DNA of 64,000 bases. It comes from an uncultured Gammaproteobacteria bacterium (GTDB lineage Bacteria > Patescibacteriota > Microgenomatia > JALYQM01). A model generated the notes under the pieces. It searched no databases. It was not told where the DNA came from and saw only the letters and a program-made list of their open reading frames with translations. Where the stretch lies: the NCBI GenBank assembly GCA_964535655.1, contig CAZHTP010000004.1, forward strand, positions 75,108 through 139,107. The letters run 5' to 3'. The translations under genes and the position numbers were made by a program. Below are positions 57,449 through 64,000 of the stretch, in pieces; position 1 is the stretch's first letter, and the number at the start of each line of letters is the position of its first letter.

Positions 57449-58718
57449 AAGATATTATTATTCTATTTTTTTGTAATTCGGATATTCTTTTTTTTATAAT
57501 CTTTTGAATATGACTGTGTAGTGCCATTTGATGATTTGTCCAGGAATATTTTTCTTCAATAGTTTTTGCTGCATTGCGAGAAACAAATTTGGCTATTTCT
57601 TTATTTTCCAAAACTACTTTAATATACTTTCGCATATCGTTGTTGTCACCGGGACTCGCGAGAAATCCATTGTGCCCATGGGTAATTATTTTGGATGGAC
57701 CGGCGTTATCCCACGCTATTACCGGTTTACCCTGAGCCATGGCTTCAATTATTCCCATTCCAAAATCTTCTTCGGGTGACGTATATAGATAGAGCGTACA
57801 TTCCCGATAGAGTCGTTTTAACTCCTTCTCATAAACATACCCCAAGAAATATACATATTTTTCAAGGCGATAGTATTTAACTAGTTTACGTAATTCGTCT
57901 GTATATTCGGTAGTTTCACCAGATATTACTAGTGGGATTTTATCTTCCATGCTATCAAGGATCTCTAAAGCATATTCAAATTTTTTGTGGGGAAAATGAC
58001 GATTGGACATAAATATAAAGGGCTTTTCAATTGTTAGCCTGCGAAATTGAAATATTCCTTTCCCGCTTTCCGGCTTTTTTGTGAGGTTATTTACTGATGC
58101 ACCGGGAGAGCAGACAATTGGGGTTTTACCGTAAATCTGACTTAATACTTTTTGCATATACATTCCGTTGGTAAGAAAAATATCTGCACTTAGAATGCTT
58201 TTTAAATCTATCCAATAAAATAATGGTCGCAATATATTCACTATATGCGGTAAGAATTGCATTTTGTTCTTAATTTGAATTCCTACTTCGTTATCAATAG
58301 GACGCTTGTACAGAATGCGAGTTGGCTGGGCAACATATATGAGGTAGGGAATATTAAAAAGTGACTTTAAAATAAACCCAAAGATCGGACCCGGTTGATT
58401 AGCTCCGATCACTAGATCGTATTTTCGGTACTTAAAAGCCAAAAAAGGGAAGAGCAAACATACCAGTAGTACGCCAATTTCTGGTTTGCGATGGAATACT
58501 TTTGTTATACCAGGAATAATTTCTTTTGCTGCTGCTTTTTTTATTAAATCTGGAAAACATATAGTTGTGTCCAATAGAGGAGAATAACAGTCAACTGTAT
58601 AACCTAATTTACGTAGTAAACTTATTTCCTTAAGCGCAAGTTTTTCTCCTCCGCCTGAATAGAGAAACGCGAGATGAAAATAAGCGACTTTGATATCACT
58701 TGGATTTACTGTAGGCAT
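57429..58718 (-). CDS. Glycosyltransferase family 4 (paralog of 44824-46047)
   Basis: …TSPEEDFGMGIIEAMAQGKPVIAWDNAGPSKII… N-terminal FHLAFLYSGGGEKLALKEISLL resembles FHTEFFFSGGAEHTLLETIDFL in the other copy. Confidence 0.7.
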   Translation of the reverse strand: MPTVNPSDIKVAYFHLAFLYSGGGEKLALKEISLLRKLGYTVDCYSPLLDTTICFPDLIKKAAAKEIIPGITKVFHRKPEIGVLLVCLLFPFLAFKYRKYDLVIGANQPGPIFGFILKSLFNIPYLIYVAQPTRILYKRPIDNEVGIQIKNKMQFLPHIVNILRPLFYWIDLKSILSADIFLTNGMYMQKVLSQIYGKTPIVCSPGASVNNLTKKPESGKGIFQFRRLTIEKPFIFMSNRHFPHKKFEYALEILDSMEDKIPLVISGETTEYTDELRKLVKYYRLEKYVYFLGYVYEKELKRLYRECTLYLYTSPEEDFGMGIIEAMAQGKPVIAWDNAGPSKIITHGHNGFLASPGDNNDMRKYIKVVLENKEIAKFVSRNAAKTIEEKYSWTNHQMALHSHIQKIIKKRISELQKNRIIISYENNIE

Positions 58719-59643
58719 AGTTAGGTATCCAGAGTTTATTAGTTATGAACTCTTCTCGCAGACGCTCAGTAATTATGTTACTTTTATTTTCATTTTCGAT
58801 ATTAAGTTTCTCAAGTGTAAATGGTTGAGAAAGTGCTACATGAAGAGGATTCTCTTTTAAATATATTCTTCGGTCGAATAAGAAATGACGTAAAATCTTC
58901 GCTGTGGTAATCCCGGTGATTTGTGCTGCATATAATTGTATATTCCTGCGCTCGAACGAGCTGTGGGTAATAATTTCTCCTATCCCGTTGTACCACAGTT
59001 CTGGGTTATTGCTTCCGCCATCGGGAAATATTATGACGACATGACCTTCTTTAAGGAGTTGTGCTGCTTTTTCGATTGTATGCTTATTTTGTACTCGTAC
59101 ATCTTCTGGTTTGGCATAACCGGTTAATTGTCTCATTACATAAAAACCAATTGTATTTAAGAATCCGCGATTATACAGATTCTTTTTGGTTCGGGAATAG
59201 GTAATAGGAATTATCTGTTTCCCAATATTTTTTCCTTTATTTTTTTGGTAAATGTCAGCAACGATATACACATCTTCGCGGTTTAAACAGGCTGCTATAA
59301 TAAAAGGATCAAGTCCCGTAGGATGATTACCGAAAATCAGTGCCGGGCCTATAATATCAATTGGGTTTTGGATGTTAATTTCGATATTTAAATCTTTTAA
59401 GTAATTTCGTGTGCTTTCCGAAAAACCTGTGTCTTCAATTTTTTTATCGTACCTGGCATTGATCTTTAAAATGCTTTCGTAGGGTAGGATCAAGAAGAGA
59501 GTTTTTAATAGATACTTAATTGGTATAAATCGCTTTTTGTCGTAAATCCATTCTAAGATTCCAAGCGTTCCTTTTTCGTTATATAGCTGCTTTAGTGCGG
59601 GCATCATGACTTTAGACCTTTTCTCCTGTAAAGAAAAATGCAT
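58696..59643 (-). CDS. Lysophospholipid/glycerol-phosphate acyltransferase family (PlsC-like H-x4-D acyltransferase)
   Basis: H-x4-D motif LIFGNHPTGLDPFII. Later …FPDGG… block. 315 aa. Confidence 0.5.
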   Translation of the reverse strand: MHFSLQEKRSKVMMPALKQLYNEKGTLGILEWIYDKKRFIPIKYLLKTLFLILPYESILKINARYDKKIEDTGFSESTRNYLKDLNIEINIQNPIDIIGPALIFGNHPTGLDPFIIAACLNREDVYIVADIYQKNKGKNIGKQIIPITYSRTKKNLYNRGFLNTIGFYVMRQLTGYAKPEDVRVQNKHTIEKAAQLLKEGHVVIIFPDGGSNNPELWYNGIGEIITHSSFERRNIQLYAAQITGITTAKILRHFLFDRRIYLKENPLHVALSQPFTLEKLNIENENKSNIITERLREEFITNKLWIPNYAYSKSK

Positions 59644-60460
59644 TGGAATATCCGAAGCGTGTTACTAGTGTATCAACTTTTTCGCAAATTGGTAATGCAA
59701 TTTCACTTATTGCATTGGTAATTGTTAATAATTTACTTCCGATTAGATCCTTGTGTTTAGTAGGGGTAATTTTTTCCGTAATCATTAAAAATATATAGAG
59801 GGCACAGTCTAGTATGAGAATACTTGTGGCATCGAAAAGGCGTATTTTGGTGTTTTTCATTCCGGCATCGATAAAGAGTTGCTCTATTTCCTTAGGATCG
59901 AAAAATAATTCTTTTACGTGTCCGGCGCGTGTAAGGTGATAGTCACTACCTAATTTCTCTAAAGTCCAGTCAATAGTAAACCGATTATGTTTATTGATCG
60001 TATTTAACAGGATTTTTCCATCAGGTTTTAATACGCGCACCATTTCTTTAATTACTTCATTATATTCTTTGATATGTTCAAGATTATCGAAGCTGGTGAT
60101 GAGATCAAAAGTGTTGTCGTCAAAGGGAAGTTTGGATGCATCGGCAATCAAATACGTGTTGGTAGGATCTTCCTGTTGTGCTTTCTTAATAAGGACTTCG
60201 GATACGTCGATACCGGTGCCTGGGCAATTATACGTAACTCTTATTCGTTGTAATAATAATCCCGACGCGCAGCCCATATCAAGGATTTTGGTCTTTTCAT
60301 TTATTTTCCACGAGTCAAAGTATCTTTTGGCGGCAAGATCCTTGGGACGTAGCGTTTTTGAGAATCCCGTTTTTCGTACTAATTTTTCCCATGGATTTAG
60401 TGGGGGATTTTTATCATAATGACTCGCTTGCCATTTCGTGTGATCTGAGAATTCCGACAT
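59612..60460 (-). CDS. Class I SAM-dependent methyltransferase (Methyltransf_11/23-like)
   Basis: Motif I ILDMGCASGLLL, post-I GIDVS, motif III LKPDGKILL. Confidence 0.65.
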   Translation of the reverse strand: MSEFSDHTKWQASHYDKNPPLNPWEKLVRKTGFSKTLRPKDLAAKRYFDSWKINEKTKILDMGCASGLLLQRIRVTYNCPGTGIDVSEVLIKKAQQEDPTNTYLIADASKLPFDDNTFDLITSFDNLEHIKEYNEVIKEMVRVLKPDGKILLNTINKHNRFTIDWTLEKLGSDYHLTRAGHVKELFFDPKEIEQLFIDAGMKNTKIRLFDATSILILDCALYIFLMITEKITPTKHKDLIGSKLLTITNAISEIALPICEKVDTLVTRFGYSNAFFFTGEKV

Positions 60461-60492
60461 ACAGAAGAGAGTACGGCTTTAAAAAGTAGCCG

Positions 60493-61353
60493 TCAAGAAC
60501 CGAAGAGAATGTTACTAAATAGACAATCCATGTATTCGATATTCTCGCTGCTTGGGACTGCCCGCAATCGAATTAGTTGAAAGTTATATTCATCGGTACA
60601 TAATTCTTTTATCAGCTCGGAAAAGGTGTAATTATTATTTTTATTAACGGTAATTTCTATCAGTAAATACTGCGTGTTTTTGAGTGTCGAAGTCGCTTTT
60701 TTAAGTATTTGTAATTCGTGTGACTCGGTATCTATTTTTAGTAAATGTATACGAGTAATATTATTTTCTGTAGTGAATGAATCAAGGGTTGTGGCTTGGA
60801 CTTGGTGATCTCCGTTCGTATCGATGCGGCTCAGTTCGTTATGTTGGTTATCGTGGAGCATTGTCACCGTAGTCGTGGTATCAGATATTGCACAATTATG
60901 TGTTTTTGTATTTGAATCGCTACTGAAATTTTGTTGTAAAGCCCGATAGGTTTGCTCTACCGGTTCAATTGCATGGATTGTCGCATCGGGATAAATTGAA
61001 CGGGCTAGTTTAGAGAAACAGCCTACATTGGCACCGATATCGACGATAATTCCTCTCTGCGGTATAGCAATCTTTTTAAAATTTTTACGGTGTGTATTTA
61101 TGACAAATTGAAATGGGGCAAGCCCGAACGGTGCATTATAGAATATTTTTTCGGATTTAACTTGTGCAAAACTTTCTCCGAAAATGAATTCTTTTTTTAC
61201 TAGATACTTACAGATTACACAATATTTCGTTCGTAAGAATGAGAATTTATAGTTAGGAGTCCAATAGGGAAGTAGGAGCGTTGAAAGGTCTAATTTTATT
61301 GTCTGTAATACTGACCGTATGATCTGTGTGGTGTTTGTATATAATCTAGCCAT
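60493..61353 (-). CDS. FkbM-family methyltransferase
   Basis: IVDIGANVGCFS (FkbM DIGANxG box) and downstream …HAIEP…. About 100-aa N-terminal extension. Confidence 0.6.
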   Translation of the reverse strand: MARLYTNTTQIIRSVLQTIKLDLSTLLLPYWTPNYKFSFLRTKYCVICKYLVKKEFIFGESFAQVKSEKIFYNAPFGLAPFQFVINTHRKNFKKIAIPQRGIIVDIGANVGCFSKLARSIYPDATIHAIEPVEQTYRALQQNFSSDSNTKTHNCAISDTTTTVTMLHDNQHNELSRIDTNGDHQVQATTLDSFTTENNITRIHLLKIDTESHELQILKKATSTLKNTQYLLIEITVNKNNNYTFSELIKELCTDEYNFQLIRLRAVPSSENIEYMDCLFSNILFGS

Positions 61354-62814
61354 ATGTTGTTGCGGTTGCGTACTTATTTTTCGAATGAAAACGTGATTAT
61401 TGTTCTGACTTTATTTGTCTATTTTATTACTCTCTTTTTTACCATTTTTCATCATGAACTTTGGCATGAGGAAATGCAGGGCTGGTTAATAGCTCGCTCT
61501 GCGAATTCTATTTCTACGCTTTATTCTAACTTACGATATGAAGCGCATCCAATGCTTTGGTATTTACTGCTTTTTATAGTTTCACGGTTTACTTCTGATC
61601 CGTTGTGGATGCAACTACTTAGCGGCCTTATTGGTTGTTTAGTAGCGTTCATATTCCTTAAATATGCTCCATTTCGATTATATCAGCGAGTGCTGTTTGT
61701 ATTTGGTTATTTTCCTTTATATGAATACGTCGTATTAAGCAGGAACTATTTACTCACCGTTCTATTTTTATTTAGCTATTGTATTTTTTTTGTGCGTAAT
61801 AAATATTGGATGGCGGCATTTTCCTTATTATTGATCATGCAAACATCAATTCCTGGGTTGATTTTAGGGACATTACTTGGATTGCATTTAACAATTTGTT
61901 TTAAAAAGAAGCAGCTTTATTTAGGATTGTTATTGATCTTAAGCATTGCGCTGTCTCTATTCCAAATAATTCCACCTCACGATTATGGTATCACTGTTGA
62001 TTGGATTACTTCCTTTGATTATAGGCGTTTTTTGATGGTATTAATTATGCTTTGGCGAGGCTATTTTCCTATACCACGGTTAAGCCTTTCATTTTGGAAT
62101 ACTAACATTCTTATTCCCGATTTTGCTGGAAATACTTTCTTGTTTACTCCTACTGCAGTCTTGGGCTTAAGTTTTGCTCTTACCTTTTCACTTTTACTAC
62201 TAATTGGAATTGGATGTTATTTTTTTCATAGACGTAAAGTTATGATTCTATTTTATGCCGGAACTCTGAGTTTGTTATCCTTTTTTTACTTTTTTTACTA
62301 TGGAGCGGTTCGACATTGGGGATTCTTATATTTGTTTTTTATCTGCTGTGTCTGGATTTCGTATCAGCAGACTACGAGATATCGTTTATATTTTTTTACA
62401 CTGTTGCTTTGCGCTCAACTTTATTCTGGGCTGTTCGCTATTTTTTTAGATATCAATTATACATTTGCTGCAGGAAAAGCAGCTGCTTTGTATGTTACTG
62501 AGAATAAATTGCAAAATACGGTGCTTATTGGAGATATAGATACCCATGTAGTGTCAGTTGCTGGATATGTGAACTCTTCTTTTTATTATCCTCGAGAAAA
62601 AGTAAAAAGCAGCTTTGCTGTTGTCAGAAAGAATCGAGAAACTGTACGCGAGGATGCTTTATTCTTATTTGGGCCAAGTACTTTGATTTTGTCGTATCCG
62701 CTGCTGTATCCTCACTGCGAAATTATCTTTCAGAAATCCTTTATTGCACAAATTGCACAAGCGGACAGTTATTACGTGTACACAGTGAATGACTCAAAAT
62801 GTAGGAAATTATAA
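61354..62814 (+). CDS. Polytopic membrane protein, GT-C/PMT-ArnT-like candidate
   Basis: 486 aa, about 12 TM. First-loop acidic/aromatic segment HHELWHEEMQGW. Start abuts the divergent FkbM gene start with zero spacing, so one start is probably over-called. Confidence 0.4.
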   Translation: MLLRLRTYFSNENVIIVLTLFVYFITLFFTIFHHELWHEEMQGWLIARSANSISTLYSNLRYEAHPMLWYLLLFIVSRFTSDPLWMQLLSGLIGCLVAFIFLKYAPFRLYQRVLFVFGYFPLYEYVVLSRNYLLTVLFLFSYCIFFVRNKYWMAAFSLLLIMQTSIPGLILGTLLGLHLTICFKKKQLYLGLLLILSIALSLFQIIPPHDYGITVDWITSFDYRRFLMVLIMLWRGYFPIPRLSLSFWNTNILIPDFAGNTFLFTPTAVLGLSFALTFSLLLLIGIGCYFFHRRKVMILFYAGTLSLLSFFYFFYYGAVRHWGFLYLFFICCVWISYQQTTRYRLYFFTLLLCAQLYSGLFAIFLDINYTFAAGKAAALYVTENKLQNTVLIGDIDTHVVSVAGYVNSSFYYPREKVKSSFAVVRKNRETVREDALFLFGPSTLILSYPLLYPHCEIIFQKSFIAQIAQADSYYVYTVNDSKCRKL

Positions 62815-64000
62815 ATTATCTGTGTTAATAGTATAGGTAACTAAATTTCCGTAGGTACCTTTGGCTGGAGTTGCTAGTCTTGGCTCCAGAGCAAAAAGCT
62901 TAGTGTATCTATCACGATCACTGTACGTAATCATGAACTTAATATTATTTTTCTTGAAGAAAAGTAATACTTCATCGCGTACGGTCATGCCTTGTTTATT
63001 AAAGGGATCGACTTGGTTCCAGTTTGCATACGGATCGAGCCCATTTTGTTCAAAGTAATAATACGGGTCATACATCTGACTCACTAAGTCTTTTCCTTGC
63101 ACACCTTCTTCATGCACTAGTGCATAAGTAATATCTGGATTACCCTCAATCATTAGTAACCCGCCACCTTTGTAATCCTGAATTAAATCTTTTGAAACTA
63201 CTTTAACATTTTCCCAGGTTGGTTGAGTTGGGTTATAGTATTTAAAAATCTCAGGCCACGCGAGCTGCGTTGCGCCGATTGCTCCTAAAAGTACAATGCA
63301 GCTTAGCAGTGTACCAAAAATGTTATTTAGTAACTTTATCTTGGTTGGAATATAGTAAAAAAGAAATGCGGAAAATGCGATACATAGAAATGTGTAGGGA
63401 TACAGCATAAACCGTACAACCCACACATAATCCGCCCAGGACTTTATGTATTCTGAAAAGCCAAAGGTTAATCCTAAAAAGAGCCAGTTCCCGAGTCCCA
63501 TGAGGTGCCATTGCCACGCACGTGGCTTTCGCCAAAGAGTTAGTCCGATACCGAAAACCGTTATAGCAGTGATTACACGGAAGGCAAATTGGCCAAAAAG
63601 ATCTTTTGAATCGAGTGCTTGTTTGTACTGCCATTCGCCCTGAATATTTTTATTTACATTCTGGTACAAGGGATACACTGGATTGCCCGTATAGTCCAGT
63701 AAATATTTCATGTACGGAAGGAGTATTATAAGGAGGCCAAATATGAGTAATACTTTCTTATCTGTTTGAACAAGCCGGTCAAAAATTATAAATGCTGCAA
63801 CAAGACCTACGCTAAAAACCCAGAATTCTGATCGAGTCATCATTGCAATTCCAAGAAATATTCCTGCCAAGAATGACTTTCTTGGCCAGTAATAAATTCC
63901 ACCTAAGAGAAAAGGAATTCCCAGAGGTTCGACCATCCCTGTTGCATCGTTAAAGATTATGACAGAACAGCACGCTGTGAACACCGCAGCTGCGATTCCC
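62809..64000 (-). CDS. Polytopic membrane protein, GT-C-like; probably 5'-truncated by the window edge
   Basis: Multi-TM N-half, exported C-terminal domain (…NWNQVDPFNKQGMTVRDE…). The open frame runs to the window end. Confidence 0.4.
   Translation of the reverse strand, partial: GIAAAVFTACCSVIIFNDATGMVEPLGIPFLLGGIYYWPRKSFLAGIFLGIAMMTRSEFWVFSVGLVAAFIIFDRLVQTDKKVLLIFGLLIILLPYMKYLLDYTGNPVYPLYQNVNKNIQGEWQYKQALDSKDLFGQFAFRVITAITVFGIGLTLWRKPRAWQWHLMGLGNWLFLGLTFGFSEYIKSWADYVWVVRFMLYPYTFLCIAFSAFLFYYIPTKIKLLNNIFGTLLSCIVLLGAIGATQLAWPEIFKYYNPTQPTWENVKVVSKDLIQDYKGGGLLMIEGNPDITYALVHEEGVQGKDLVSQMYDPYYYFEQNGLDPYANWNQVDPFNKQGMTVRDEVLLFFKKNNIKFMITYSDRDRYTKLFALEPRLATPAKGTYGNLVTYTINTDNL

Noticed and set aside
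1-64000. CRISPR arrays, rRNA, tRNA, transposases, integrases, phage structural genes
   Set aside because: No regularly spaced direct repeats, no rRNA-like conserved stretches, no DDE/tyrosine-recombinase motifs and no capsid, terminase or portal-like ORFs were seen. The tRNA statement is by eye only and needs tRNAscan-SE.

Overview
This is a 64 kb, AT-rich, gene-dense bacterial window. Both strands carry tightly packed, often overlapping ORFs with no obvious rRNA, tRNA, CRISPR array, transposase or integrase. The gene content resembles a small-genome, fermentative, Patescibacteria/CPR-like bacterium. The archaeal-type or unusual enzymes are ADP-forming acetyl-CoA synthetase, a class I LacD/DhnA-type aldolase, an ATP-dependent DNA ligase, a LOG protein and a DUF62 SAM hydroxide adenosyltransferase. 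Housekeeping genes seen are pepF, nth, clpB, lepB, rpiB, rpe, ruvC, ruvA, ruvB, ppa, metG, rmuC, plus MscS, AI-2E transporter and M29 aminopeptidase genes. Region 1-44 kb is mostly core genes interspersed with accessory modules: a GNAT / histidine-phosphatase / CYTH / UvrD-helicase-Cas4-like-nuclease operon, a Fic module, a FemAB homolog, and a secreted Pro/Thr-linker protein. Region 44.8-64 kb is a large cell-surface glycoconjugate biosynthesis locus. It holds five GT4 glycosyltransferases, a NodU/CmcH-type carbamoyltransferase, four methyltransferases, a PlsC-type acyltransferase, an SGNH hydrolase and three large polytopic (GT-C-like) membrane proteins. This locus is the most system-like accessory feature. 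In the non-coding DNA there is a repeated ~90-nt intergenic element with a covarying hairpin (two copies), a long structured leader upstream of the aldolase gene, a CIRCE/CtsR-like operator upstream of clpB, and several intrinsic terminators. All calls come from reading motifs in the supplied translations; no database searches were run.
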